From: Candidatus Thorarchaeota archaeon
GTDB lineage: Archaea > Asgardarchaeota > Thorarchaeia > Thorarchaeales > Thorarchaeaceae
DNA length: 64,000 bases
Reading direction: 5' to 3'
Assembly: GCA_046482545.1 (NCBI GenBank)
Contig: JAWOEX010000032.1
Location: 128,001 to 192,000, forward strand
The translations under genes were made by a program, and so were the position numbers. The notes below the pieces were generated by a model, which was given only the letters and a program-made list of their open reading frames with translations, was not told the origin of the DNA and did no database searches. This document shows, piece by piece, positions 39,463 through 49,795 of the stretch. Each line of letters begins with the position of its first letter. Position 1 is the stretch's first letter.

Positions 39463-39546
39463 CGTCAAATACTCCTCTACAGAAGATGGAGTATCGGTGA
39501 GTTGGAGCATTATATTGTTGATGCTCAATGGAACCGAGTCAGACGA

Positions 39547-40827
39547 TCAGACCTCAGATATAGCGTTCAGAGTGAACTCTATGTCTTCTGCCGAGTGAGC
39601 AAAAGATAGTGCGCCAAGCCCGTGATGGCCGAATACACCTTTCTCAATGAGTTTTGATTGAAATTCGGCAAGACTCTTGCGGTCAAGGAGCTTACCCAGT
39701 TGTTCACTTGTTAATGGTCGGTCTATGCTATCGTTCAATGTGTGGATAAACACAATCGACCCAGTACCGGTAGAAATAGCGGATTGCCCTTTCTCGTCAA
39801 GTATTTCTTTTATTTCTTCCCGAAAGCGGTCTCCCCTATTATTGAGTTTAGAATAGTCATCTTTTCGCTTTTGTAGTTGATTCAGAGCCGTAGACCCTGC
39901 AACCATGGAAAGTGGATGACTTGAAAAGGTACCTCCACCAACCCATCGACCCCCTTTGGCATGAGGGGCAGCCAATTGCATAATGTCTTCTCGACCTCCG
40001 TATGCCCCCAAGTGCATACCGCCGCCTGCGATTTTCCCGAATGTGGCAAGGTCAGGTTCAACGCCAAACAAGTTCAAACCAGCAGAACCAAAGGTCAACC
40101 GAAAACCTGTGATAATTTCATCAAAGATGAGAACTATACCTCGCTTCTCAGTTTCTTCACGAAGATAACTCAAGAATCCATTCCGTGGTGGAAGACCTCC
40201 TCCGGCTCCCAACACTGGCTCCACGATGAAAGCTGAAATATCATCGCCATGGCTTTCTAGCAATCTATCGACGCTTTCCTTGTCATTGTAGTTGAATGTG
40301 ACGCCATTGAACCAAGGGTCATCATCATAAGGGTATTTGATGTGGTAGCCAACCGCGTCATTGCCCCCGTGCCATCCACCAAATGCTTTTGCAACCAATG
40401 GCTTACCAGTGAACATTCTTGCAAGTCGTACAGCATACATTGTTGCTTCCCCACCCGTGCTGCAGAACCGCATTTTCTTAAAGAATGGAATGGCCTCCTG
40501 CATTTTCTCGGCCATTTCCACCTGATGTTCGTTCAATGCTCCAAGGTGGTGGCCGTCTTTTGCTCGATCTACGATGGCTTCTAGGATAGCGGGGTGGTTG
40601 TGACCAAGGATGGCGGAATAGTGAGTTAGCCAATAATCGACATATTCGTTTCCATCCACATCCCAGAGATGAGAGCCTTCACCTCTTGCTATGAATGGAG
40701 GATGTGAATTACATACATCAAGGCCAAACGTTCTGATATTATGATTCACTCCGCCAGCAAACACTTTCAATGCTCGGTCCCATAACTCCTTGGACTTGGG
40801 TGTTAATGATTCGTAGTCTTCAAGCAT
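39547..40827 (-). CDS. Class III PLP aminotransferase, glutamate-1-semialdehyde aminomutase-like
   Basis: WDVDGNEYVD, EATMYAVRLAR, FDEIITGFR, PDLATFGKIAGGG and GTFSSHP. Confidence 0.8.
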   Translation of the reverse strand: MLEDYESLTPKSKELWDRALKVFAGGVNHNIRTFGLDVCNSHPPFIARGEGSHLWDVDGNEYVDYWLTHYSAILGHNHPAILEAIVDRAKDGHHLGALNEHQVEMAEKMQEAIPFFKKMRFCSTGGEATMYAVRLARMFTGKPLVAKAFGGWHGGNDAVGYHIKYPYDDDPWFNGVTFNYNDKESVDRLLESHGDDISAFIVEPVLGAGGGLPPRNGFLSYLREETEKRGIVLIFDEIITGFRLTFGSAGLNLFGVEPDLATFGKIAGGGMHLGAYGGREDIMQLAAPHAKGGRWVGGGTFSSHPLSMVAGSTALNQLQKRKDDYSKLNNRGDRFREEIKEILDEKGQSAISTGTGSIVFIHTLNDSIDRPLTSEQLGKLLDRKSLAEFQSKLIEKGVFGHHGLGALSFAHSAEDIEFTLNAISEV

Positions 40828-40859
40828 GTTCTTATACTCCGTCTTAGTAGATTTACAGA

Positions 40860-41894
40860 CTATTTCTTCTTGTAACGATACTGTGTATTTCTGGGACATC
40901 GAAGGTCTGTCATTGTTATCAGGCCCGGCGGTGCCCCGACTACTAGTGGAATTGCATTCAACATCATGCCAACAGTCCCATAATCGCCCATAACTCCCCC
41001 TTCTATCCGTTGTTTGATTTCTGGACGACCATCAATAACGATATCATCATACTCAGGTGAAGCACCTGCATGAGCAACGAAAACCAGCTTTACAATCTGT
41101 TCACTATCTCGGAGACCTAAAGCTACACTCCTGAGTCCAATCACGCCACCCTTCTTCACTTTGCCAACTGACGTCTCCATGTCCTCATCTGCTAAAACCG
41201 CTTCGGGTGGCATTTCCTTGATTTCATCAAGTGAGATTTTTAGAGCGTTATCTATCATGTATATCGATTCGAGTAATCCCACATGACCTGTGATTTTGCC
41301 TTCCTCAATAGCTTTCTCAAATTCACCTGTTGTCATGCCTGTACCTATCTTCTGTTGGAATGAAGTGCGTCTGGTCTCGGAATCGATGACCCTTGTAATC
41401 TCAAGGGTATTGAATTGGATACATGGTGATGTTAGTACAATGGGTAGAAGATCCATGAGAAAACCGGGATTGATACCTGTACCGAGTACTGTTCTTCCAA
41501 CTTCATCAGCCGAGGAGTCGATTCTCTTAGCTAGTTTCCCGTATCGTTCATACGGAAAAGAGAGTTCCTCACATATTGACACGACATGTAATCCGACATC
41601 CAAACAGGCAAGAATGCTCTTAGCTACCTTCTCCAAATCGGATGATGTTGCTATGAGCACAACATCTGCTGGACGGGATGAAGTTTTTTCAAGAGCTTCT
41701 CTCAGGTCTGAGAAAACGGGTATGTTCTTGCCAACATCACTAGCAATGACCTCTGCTATACTTTTTCCGTGATATTGTGGATTGATATCCACAGCTGCAA
41801 CAAGCTTCAGGTTATCACGTGTAAGCATCTCGGATGCAATAGGTCGGCCGATGTCACCTAAGCCAATCTGTAGAACTCGGAAAGGTCTGGACAT
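40860..41894 (-). CDS. 2,4-diaminopentanoate dehydrogenase (Ord)-like NAD(P)-dependent amine dehydrogenase
   Basis: IGLGDIG Rossmann motif, ICEELSFP, VLGTGINPGFLMD, GHVGLLES and GVMGDYGT. Confidence 0.8.
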   Translation of the reverse strand: MSRPFRVLQIGLGDIGRPIASEMLTRDNLKLVAAVDINPQYHGKSIAEVIASDVGKNIPVFSDLREALEKTSSRPADVVLIATSSDLEKVAKSILACLDVGLHVVSICEELSFPYERYGKLAKRIDSSADEVGRTVLGTGINPGFLMDLLPIVLTSPCIQFNTLEITRVIDSETRRTSFQQKIGTGMTTGEFEKAIEEGKITGHVGLLESIYMIDNALKISLDEIKEMPPEAVLADEDMETSVGKVKKGGVIGLRSVALGLRDSEQIVKLVFVAHAGASPEYDDIVIDGRPEIKQRIEGGVMGDYGTVGMMLNAIPLVVGAPPGLITMTDLRCPRNTQYRYKKK

Positions 41895-41908
41895 AATTGC
41901 ATCAATAT

Positions 41909-42330
41909 TCAGTCGCAACTATAATCTCTTTGGTTCCTTCTGCTGCTGAACTGGAATGAGTTAATCCTTCTCATCATCACAGGGCGCCCTTCACAGAGTT
42001 CACAGGACAATGGCCATTTACCTGCCAGTTGCAGTTCCCTCCTTTCATATTGAAGCCAACTTGCTCCAACTATTATTGCAATCGAGGCAACTAGAGCTGC
42101 TGCAATCGCAGCAATTCCACCAAGAATCAGATTCGCCATAACGACAATACCTAATGAAACCGCAGCTCCGCCAACAAAGGGTAAAAGATTGTGGGATTCA
42201 ACCTTGTTAATGATATATGCTGTTATTGGAGCTTATTGTGCTGCCCCTGCAAGCAACGGTATTTCGAAAACTGAAAGCATATCCCAAACCAATGTAACTC
42301 TTCCAACCAATACGTACAGGAATAAAGACC
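41909..42330 (-). pseudogene. Membrane-protein remnant (possibly a TauE/SafE-like C-terminus) with in-frame TAA
   Basis: Frame reads ...EIPLLAGAAQ*APITAYIINKV...VGGAAVSLGIVVMANL..., with TAA at 42233-35 in frame with ORF 41909-42139. Confidence 0.35.
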
Positions 42331-42364
42331 GAAGGACGCATAAGATTCGAAGCGAATAATTTCT

Positions 42365-44383
42365 CTATTCCTGAACACCCATTTCTTGGAAAACATCCTC
42401 ATCACTAATCTCCTCGATGAAGCGAGAGGGAGTACCAATTTCATCGGACCATCGAGAATCGAGCACTTCCGGATAAGTCAAGAATAGGTAGTCTTTGGCT
42501 CGAGTACAAGCAACATAGAAGAGCCTCCTTTCCTCCTCAATTTCATCTGGTTTGTTAAAGGCCATATGAAAAGGTAGGGCACCTTCAAGGAGCCTGATGA
42601 TATAGACCCCCTCCCATTCCAATCCTTTTGCTTGGTGGATGGTTGAAAGCACAATCTTCTTGGAATCCTCCTCGCTACTCTCTTCTGTGGTTGCCCCGAC
42701 AAGATTATACATTGTAAGAACGTCTGAAAGGAACTCGCCAGGCTCTTCATATCTTGCAGAGAAATTCACCAGTTCATGAAGATCCTGAATCCGCTCATCT
42801 GCATTATCATAGTTTTCTTCCACGATAGGTTGAATAAACTCAATAATCCTCTCAAGAATTACATCCAGAGACGGCAGATCGTCGCTTGATGACTGTGGGA
42901 GGTCTTCTCTGAAGAACTTCTGCACTTTTTGAAGACTTCGCATCCCTGTTTCGTAGACCCTTTTTCCAGCCATAGCAGCGGGCAAGTTAACTCTCACAAA
43001 TCTCGACATAGGCTTATCAGCTTCAAGAACCTCGTCAAGCACCTTGGATGCCGTAACGTCACCTATCCCTCTCTGCATGGTTAGGACTCTCATCCACTGT
43101 ACGGCATCAGAAGGATTGACGATAAGTATCAAGTGAGCCATTGCGTCTTTGATGTGGGCTCTTTCAAAGAATCGCAAGCCGGCTCGCATCTCATATTGAA
43201 TTCCGTAGTTTATGCAGGCTCGCTCGACTTCTAGGGAGTGATACCTTGCTCGGAACAAGATGGCCTGCTCACTTAGGGGTACGCCTTGTTCCTGAAGCTC
43301 AAGTATACGAGAACAGGTTAAATTCGCCTCTTCTCTTACATCCAAACAGGGGGTCAAATAGGGTTTATCTCCTGATTCTCGGGTTGGTTGCAACGTCTTT
43401 TCGAATTGGGACTCATTGTGAGCAATTGAAGCATTGACAAAGTCGAGTATTTCCGGAACGCTCCTATAGTTGCTTTCCAGCCTATATTCCGTTGTACCTT
43501 CATACCGTTCAGGGAATTCCAACATGTGTTTAATCTGAGCACCGCGAAATGAGTATATTGCCTGTGCGTCATCTCCCACTACCATGACCGACTGAGATTC
43601 TGAACTGATCTCCTTCACGATATCCGCCTGTAGTGTATTGACATCCTGATACTCGTCTACAAGTATGTGGTCGAACTGCCTCTTGATTTCGTCTCCAACA
43701 TCATCAGTTCGCAGAAGGTACAGGAAATTTACCAAGAGATCATCGAAATCCATCACGTTCATTTGCCGTTTGCGCACTTGGTAGGCATCAATCATCTTGA
43801 TGATGAAACCTGTTTGCTCCTCGTATCCCGGATAGAACTCCTTCACGACATCCTTAATCTTCTTAGCGAGGTTCAGTGCCTTAGAATAGATATTGACCAA
43901 CTGCGAGGGGCGAGGACGGGCTCTCTGTTCTTCTTCAGGCACGCGCCTACCGACGACCAGCTTCATGAGATCTTCAGCATCTTCTCGGTCAAGGATTGTG
44001 AAATCAGAGGTAAATCCCCATTCCAATGCATCAGCGTTTCTTTTGAGAAAGCGATTACAGATGTGATGGAATGTACCTGCAACAATATGATTGCCTCTTC
44101 CCCCTGTGAGGTACTCAACTCGGCGAATCATATCTTGGGCTGCTTTCTTTGTAAATGTCATCAGAGCGATTGCCTCTGCTGGCGTCCCTTTCTCAAGCAA
44201 CCAAGCAGCTCTATAGGTCAGTACTCTCGTCTTTCCTGACCCGGGACCAGCAATAACAAGTGCAGGCCCTGCTTCATGGGTGACGGCTTCATACTGTTCA
44301 TCATTGAGTTCATCTTTGAAGCGCCTATCCACATCTTCAGGGAGTTGTCGTATTTTGAAGAGCTCTTCCTTCTCTTTCTGCAT
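42365..44383 (-). CDS. uvrD: UvrD/PcrA/Rep family SF1 helicase
   Basis: AGPGSGKT, TFTKKAA, GTFH, VDEYQD, VGDDAQAIYSFRGA, NYRS, STIHQAKGLEW and EERRLFYVACTRA. Confidence 0.92.
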   Translation of the reverse strand: MQKEKEELFKIRQLPEDVDRRFKDELNDEQYEAVTHEAGPALVIAGPGSGKTRVLTYRAAWLLEKGTPAEAIALMTFTKKAAQDMIRRVEYLTGGRGNHIVAGTFHHICNRFLKRNADALEWGFTSDFTILDREDAEDLMKLVVGRRVPEEEQRARPRPSQLVNIYSKALNLAKKIKDVVKEFYPGYEEQTGFIIKMIDAYQVRKRQMNVMDFDDLLVNFLYLLRTDDVGDEIKRQFDHILVDEYQDVNTLQADIVKEISSESQSVMVVGDDAQAIYSFRGAQIKHMLEFPERYEGTTEYRLESNYRSVPEILDFVNASIAHNESQFEKTLQPTRESGDKPYLTPCLDVREEANLTCSRILELQEQGVPLSEQAILFRARYHSLEVERACINYGIQYEMRAGLRFFERAHIKDAMAHLILIVNPSDAVQWMRVLTMQRGIGDVTASKVLDEVLEADKPMSRFVRVNLPAAMAGKRVYETGMRSLQKVQKFFREDLPQSSSDDLPSLDVILERIIEFIQPIVEENYDNADERIQDLHELVNFSARYEEPGEFLSDVLTMYNLVGATTEESSEEDSKKIVLSTIHQAKGLEWEGVYIIRLLEGALPFHMAFNKPDEIEEERRLFYVACTRAKDYLFLTYPEVLDSRWSDEIGTPSRFIEEISDEDVFQEMGVQE

Positions 44384-44569
44384 TCTACAGGCATCCGTCT
44401 ATAGTACAATATGGTGCTGAGTTGAGGTGCGAGATTCGCTTTAAAGAACCTTCACTCGTCGCGTAAGAGTACACCTTTACCGGTTTTAAGTACAAGTCTG
44501 CCCAATTTTAACTACAAGGTTTTCCCAAACAGTAGACCTTTTCTTCATGTTCTTCAATGGTTTGTTGTA

Positions 44570-45505
44570 ATGATACTCCTGAAAAATGAAGATATTACAG
44601 AACTTGTAACTATGGAGGAATGCATTGCGGCTGTTGAGCAGGCATTTCTCAAGGACGCAGAAGGGAAGACAGTCTATCCCTCCAAGAGCCAGTTCATGCT
44701 TCCAACTGACGAATGGCGCTGGTGGGCTTTCATGCCTGTTTATGTTGAAGGTATGGGGGTTGCCTGCAAAGCAGTATGTGATTATCCGCAAAACAAAAAG
44801 AGAGGAAAGCCTACTATCATCGGAACAATATTGCTTGCTGATTCTGAGACCGGTGAAATACAAGCAATCATGGATGGCACTCGTTTAACAGCCTTGAGAA
44901 CCGGAGCGTTGGGAGCAGTCGCTGCGAAGTACTTGTCTCGAAAAGATGCGGTGACTGTTGGTATTGTGGGTTGTGGTATTCAGGCCCGAAAGCAGCTGGA
45001 AGGTTTGACCAACGTAAGGCCAATTACGAGGGCCAAGATTTTCGATCTGAACAGCGATGCCATGGACAAGTTCAAGGATGATATGGCATATCTTGGCATT
45101 GAGATAGAAACATCTGATGCAGAACAGGTTCAGAATGCGGACATTGTGGTAGCTGCTACTCCATCCAAAGAACCCGTCATCAATGGCAACCTCATCGGTC
45201 CCGGAACCCATGTGACTTCAATTGGGGCTCATACACCGGATGCGAGAGAGGTTGATGATAATCTCATTCACAAGTCCAAGATAGTCATTGACTCTGCTGA
45301 TGCCAAAAAATCAGGTGATATTAAGGACTATCACGGTGATCCCATTAAAATTAAGGATGTACTCACGGGTACGGACGTGCGGACAGCTGAAGATGATATA
45401 ACCTTCTTCAAGTCCGTCGGAACAGCTCTTCAGGACGTTGCTGCAGCCAGCCTAGCTTATGAGAAGGCACTGGAGAAAAGAAATGGAATGACAATTGAAT
45501 TCTGA
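44570..45505 (+). CDS. Ornithine cyclodeaminase/mu-crystallin (archaeal alanine dehydrogenase-like) family
   Basis: MP, LTALRTGA, GCGIQA and FKSVGTALQD. Confidence 0.87.
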   Translation: MILLKNEDITELVTMEECIAAVEQAFLKDAEGKTVYPSKSQFMLPTDEWRWWAFMPVYVEGMGVACKAVCDYPQNKKRGKPTIIGTILLADSETGEIQAIMDGTRLTALRTGALGAVAAKYLSRKDAVTVGIVGCGIQARKQLEGLTNVRPITRAKIFDLNSDAMDKFKDDMAYLGIEIETSDAEQVQNADIVVAATPSKEPVINGNLIGPGTHVTSIGAHTPDAREVDDNLIHKSKIVIDSADAKKSGDIKDYHGDPIKIKDVLTGTDVRTAEDDITFFKSVGTALQDVAAASLAYEKALEKRNGMTIEF

Positions 45506-45754
45506 CTCTCGTTTTGGTGTGTGAACGATATACCGCTCTCGGGCTTTTTCCAGCAGGTTAAGCAGGCCGACTTTCAGTCTCAGGGAACCTCTAGGAAAAG
45601 TAAACGAAGGTATCAGTTAACATAACACATCTAAATGTGTGACTCTATTGATTCGGCACGGATATCTCTGTTTTGGCCATCATAGATTTTTCTATTTTGA
45701 ACTTGAGTGAATATAATTTGTCTGTTCAAGATTACAGGACAAACTAGATAACTA

Positions 45755-45794
45755 CGAAAGTTTAAGTATATACGTATATACGTACATACGTATG
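45755..45794 (+). promoter_or_regulatory. Leaderless vapBC promoter with triple TACGTA operator
   Basis: CGAAAG (BRE-like) + TTTAAGTA (TATA, 45761-68), then TACGTA at 45771, 45779 and 45787, running into ATG 45792. Confidence 0.7.
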
Positions 45795-46052
45795 ACAAAG
45801 AGAAAAAAGGTAACTTTGAGTCTAGACGAGGATACCGTAGCAAACATAAGAAATGAACTTCCAACAGGGACGAGCCTTAGCAGCGTCGTTGAGAAATCAT
45901 TGGAAAGTATGTCCTCCAATATGTTCCTGGATGGTCTAGCTTCTGCTCTTGACCTAGAAACGAGAATAATGTCTCCCCGAGAAATTACCAGTAGTAGAAG
46001 AAAGGGTGCAAAGGCCGAAGTGATTATTCGCGAGCTACGAGATGAAGCATAG
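45792..46052 (+). CDS. vapB: Ribbon-helix-helix antitoxin (VapB-like)
   Basis: KKVTLSLD strand + SLSSVVE helix, and C-terminal AEVIIRELRD. Abuts the PIN gene. Confidence 0.75.
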   Translation: MTKRKKVTLSLDEDTVANIRNELPTGTSLSSVVEKSLESMSSNMFLDGLASALDLETRIMSPREITSSRRKGAKAEVIIRELRDEA

Positions 46053-46499
46053 ATGCCGAAGAGCATTTATCTCGATACAAGTGCAGTTGTGAAAAGGTTT
46101 CTCGAAGAAGAGGGAACACAAATAGTTGATTCATTTTTCGAACAGTGTTATGACGAAAAAGCAGAACTAGTTCTTTCCCAATGGAATCTGGGCGAAGCTG
46201 CGGTTGTCTTCAACAAGTATGAGAACCGAAATATCATCCCCAGTGCTGAAGAGTCTTTCATGTTGCTGTATAATGAACTAAGCTTACTTGTTAAACTTGG
46301 ATCAACTCGTATTGTTCCTGTGCTGGGGAAGATTGTAAGCGACAGCATTCCCTTGATTCTCAAATATCAACTGTATATTGCTGATGCTATTCAAATAACG
46401 ACATGTACATCTCAGGAGTGCGATTTATTTGCTACATTTGATGATAGACTGGCCGATATCGCCGAGAATGAAGGGCTTAACGTCTTGAAGAATTCATGA
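46053..46499 (+). CDS. vapC: PIN-domain toxin (VapC)
   Basis: IYLDTSAVVKRF..EEG, E, ADAIQI and FATFDDRL acidic PIN residues. Confidence 0.9.
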   Translation: MPKSIYLDTSAVVKRFLEEEGTQIVDSFFEQCYDEKAELVLSQWNLGEAAVVFNKYENRNIIPSAEESFMLLYNELSLLVKLGSTRIVPVLGKIVSDSIPLILKYQLYIADAIQITTCTSQECDLFATFDDRLADIAENEGLNVLKNS

Positions 46500-46654
46500 A
46501 TAGTGATAATCACCGATGCTTGTCTGTGTCGCTGAAATCAGAGTTCCGTTCGAGGGGTGTTGAATGATGAAATTACTTCTTTGTCAATGTACAATCTTTT
46601 GAACACACTCTTCAAAACATAGAGTCATATTCAAACTTGCATTACTATATTTGA

Positions 46655-47377
46655 GTGATAATCGTGAAGAATTACGAAACTGGTTTAGACAAAGCAGTAA
46701 CAGCTTCTGTGATTGTTGCAGTAGTCGTCATAGCCGGCCTTCTTGCTGTAACGTTCTTACTACCGGGCGGAGAAACACCGCCTCCCAATGGACCAAATGG
46801 GGGTTTTGGCACGAAGGCTGCTGAGTATCTCAATAGCCGTAGAGATGATGTAGTATTCTACTGGATGTGTAATTCCACGTTCGTTAATGAGCGCCTTACG
46901 CAATACTATCAGGAGACCGAACCTGATGCTTTCGTTGATGGGGTCAGAATGTCAAAAGATGCGGAAACTGGCACGATTGAAGTTCTTTTTGCTCCCTACA
47001 GTGCAAACTTAACGGGGACTGGCCAAATGTCACTGGATGCGTGGGCAACCATGAGTGGCTCTCTTGTAGATGACGCAATCGCTCAAATGCCGGATGCTAG
47101 TGATCACCCTGACAACTTTCCGTCCACTTGGCCAGTAGATTTCTACGTGGACATTTTCTTCGATGATAACACATTTTTCTTCATCGGGTACACCGAGTCT
47201 GATCAGATGGTCTTTCTACGTAATGGGACATGGAGCGGAAATCTACGTGAGAATGGGCACCCAGAGATAACAGGACATGCTCAGACTGGGTACTGGTTAG
47301 AAGCGAATGGGTTGATGACAACCCCTATAGACAATTTCTATGATGCGATTACAGCAAATGTTGCATATCCAGAATGA
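46655..47377 (+). CDS. N-terminally anchored extracellular hypothetical protein
   Basis: Hydrophobic N-terminal segment, Pro/Gly linker, and an acidic domain with N-x-T/S sequons. Confidence 0.75.
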   Translation: MIIVKNYETGLDKAVTASVIVAVVVIAGLLAVTFLLPGGETPPPNGPNGGFGTKAAEYLNSRRDDVVFYWMCNSTFVNERLTQYYQETEPDAFVDGVRMSKDAETGTIEVLFAPYSANLTGTGQMSLDAWATMSGSLVDDAIAQMPDASDHPDNFPSTWPVDFYVDIFFDDNTFFFIGYTESDQMVFLRNGTWSGNLRENGHPEITGHAQTGYWLEANGLMTTPIDNFYDAITANVAYPE

Positions 47378-47447
47378 ACCAATACTGAAAAGACCGCCCT
47401 TTTATACTGGGCGCTCCACCTTTTAGTGAAATTGCCGGGCGGAGTCA

Positions 47448-47897
47448 ATGGCAACCGAAGCGGAGGAACAGGAGCTTGTCAGTAAAATGCTCAAGGGACG
47501 AACGATACGCGTCTACTCTCTTCTGCTGACCAACGATAAGCTGGGTGTACGGGAGGTATAAAGAACACTGGGATTTTCAAGTCCCAGTCTTGCCTTGCAT
47601 CATCTAACCAAGTTAAGGAGTTCAGATCTAGGCGATAAGAACGAGCATGGGGAGTACTTCGCAACTGAAATCGTCAAAGTAGGCTCTTTATCCCTGTTTG
47701 TACGGATTGGAAAGGTCTTGCTCCCCCGGTTCATCTTTCTTGCGACTCTGCTGGTGGGAGCACTTGTCAGCTATGCTGTGTTCTTCATACAGTGGCCTGT
47801 CACCGGTGCAGATATCATGTTCATGGGTGTTTGCACCATTTCATTGATTGTCGTGCTTCACGAAAGCCATAGAATCTGGCTCTTAGCACCTTTCTAA
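47448..47897 (+). pseudogene. Archaeal membrane-bound winged-HTH regulator interrupted by TAA
   Basis: LKGRTIRVY...GVREV*RTLGFSSPSLALHHLTKL...GEY...LLPRF + 2 TM. TAA at 47559-61 lies where this family, as I recall it, has Gln (GVREVQR). Confidence 0.75.
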
Positions 47898-48116
47898 CGT
47901 TGCTTTAGAATCTCATGCAGCACCATAAACAACTGCAGGAAAGCTGTAGGTAGGATTACGTGTGTCAGAATTTTTGCACTAATAGTCGATGGACGCTGCC
48001 CAGGGGATTACCTGGATAGCCTCTTCATTTTGACTAGGAAAAAGGAGGGGCATAAGATTCAATAAGTCCAAGCAATCGCTTTTCCAAAGGCATCGAATAA
48101 AGGGATATTGATTAGA

Positions 48117-49664
48117 ATGAAAGACGACCCGTTTGAGAAACTCCATGAAATGCGAAAGAAGGCAAAGCTCGGAGGCGGAAAGAAACGCATTGAACGCCAG
48201 CACGAGAAAGGAAAACTGACCGCTCGTGAACGGATTAATAGGCTTCTTGACCCCGATTCTTTTGTGGAAATTGACGAGTTTGTTGTGCATAGGGAAGACA
48301 AATTCGGCATGGATGAGAAGAAAATACTTGGGGACGGAATAGTCACGGGCTACGGTACGATAAACGGCCGAAAAGTCTTCGTTTTTAGTCAGGATTTCAC
48401 CGTTTTTGGCGGCTCGCTATCAGAAATGTTCGGAAAGAAGATTTGCAAAGTTATGGACCTTGCATTGGAGTCAGGCAACCCTATTATCGGTTTGAATGAC
48501 AGCGGCGGAGCTAGAATTCAAGAAGGAATCAAATCTCTTAAAAGTTATTGTGATGTTTTTAGGAAAAACACACATGCTAGTGGGGTGATTCCCCAGATTT
48601 CTGCTGTAATGGGGCCATGTGCTGGGGGAGCAGTGTACAGCCCTGCTGTAACTGACTTTACTCTGATGGTGAAGGAGACTGCTCATATGTTCATTACCGG
48701 TCCAGAGGTTGTTAAGACCGTGACAGGTGAAGAAATATCGTTTGAAGAACTTGGTGGGGCAATGACCCACGCATCTAAGAGCGGCGTGGCGCATCTGGTA
48801 AGCGAAGATGAAGATCATTGTTTTGACCAAATACGTTCCCTTCTTAGCTTCATGCCTTCCAATAACCTTGAGGATCCGCCCCGCGTTGAGACAGGACACG
48901 CACCTGATGATATCGACGAGTCAATTGACGAAGTGGTGCCCCAAGACCCCAACAAACCATATGATATGCGTGATGTTGTTACAAAGCTGGTAGACAACGG
49001 CGAATTCTTTGAGATACACGAACACTGGGCTCAGAACATGACAGTTGGCTTTGCGAGGTTCGATGGGCGACCAGTGGGCATCGTGGGTAACAATCCTGCG
49101 CATCTTGCCGGCACCATCGATATCGATGCTTCTGACAAATGTTCACGGTTCGTGAGATTCTGTGATGCATTCAATATACCTGTCATAACTTTCATGGATG
49201 TACCGGGGTACCTGCCTGGTACGGAACAAGAATGGGGTGGCATCATCAGACACGGAGCGAAAATCCTCTACGCATTTGCTGAAGCCACAGTGCCTCTCAT
49301 CACGATTATCACTCGCAAGGGCTATGGCGGAGCCTACGATGTTATGAGTAGCCGCCACATTGGTGCGGACTTGGTTTATGCATGGCCTGGCTCTGAGATT
49401 GCCGTTATGGGGCCACAGGGAGCTATCAACATCATCTTCCGGAAAGAGATTAGAGACGCTGAAGATAAGGAAGCAAAGCGCCAAGAGCTCGTGGATGAGT
49501 ACAGAGAAGAATTCGCGCATCCATATGTTGCCGCAGGGCTAGGATACATTGACAAGGTGGTCTTCCCCCGTGAGACGCGACCCCTGATTTGTAAAGGCCT
49601 TGACATTCTGGAAACGAAACGTCAGGATAGACCTCCCAAGAAACATGGCAATATCCCCCTATAG
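48117..49664 (+). CDS. pccB: Acyl-CoA carboxyltransferase subunit (PccB/MmdA/transcarboxylase 12S-like)
   Basis: GKLTARERI, QDFTVFGGSL, DSGGARIQEG, GPCAGGAVY, DVPGYLPG and C-terminal KKHGNIPL. Confidence 0.93.
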   Translation: MKDDPFEKLHEMRKKAKLGGGKKRIERQHEKGKLTARERINRLLDPDSFVEIDEFVVHREDKFGMDEKKILGDGIVTGYGTINGRKVFVFSQDFTVFGGSLSEMFGKKICKVMDLALESGNPIIGLNDSGGARIQEGIKSLKSYCDVFRKNTHASGVIPQISAVMGPCAGGAVYSPAVTDFTLMVKETAHMFITGPEVVKTVTGEEISFEELGGAMTHASKSGVAHLVSEDEDHCFDQIRSLLSFMPSNNLEDPPRVETGHAPDDIDESIDEVVPQDPNKPYDMRDVVTKLVDNGEFFEIHEHWAQNMTVGFARFDGRPVGIVGNNPAHLAGTIDIDASDKCSRFVRFCDAFNIPVITFMDVPGYLPGTEQEWGGIIRHGAKILYAFAEATVPLITIITRKGYGGAYDVMSSRHIGADLVYAWPGSEIAVMGPQGAINIIFRKEIRDAEDKEAKRQELVDEYREEFAHPYVAAGLGYIDKVVFPRETRPLICKGLDILETKRQDRPPKKHGNIPL

Positions 49665-49795
49665 GTATGGAAGGACCCCCTCCTTCCTCGCTTCCTTTGT
49701 CATCTATTGACTTTATACAGTTGATATACCACATACCTGCATTCTAAACTCCTTATCACAAATACCAAAAGGTCAAAACGTGAAATAGACATGAT

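Noticed and set aside
39547-40827. Assigning hemL
   Set aside because: Motifs deviate from canonical HemL and no tetrapyrrole genes are adjacent.
25283-47561. TAA reassigned to Gln (in-frame TAA at 25283, 42233, 47559)
   Set aside because: TAA is the true stop of several conserved genes here (14344, 17210, 27262, 34663, 56797). C-to-T nonsense mutation explains the two Gln-position cases.
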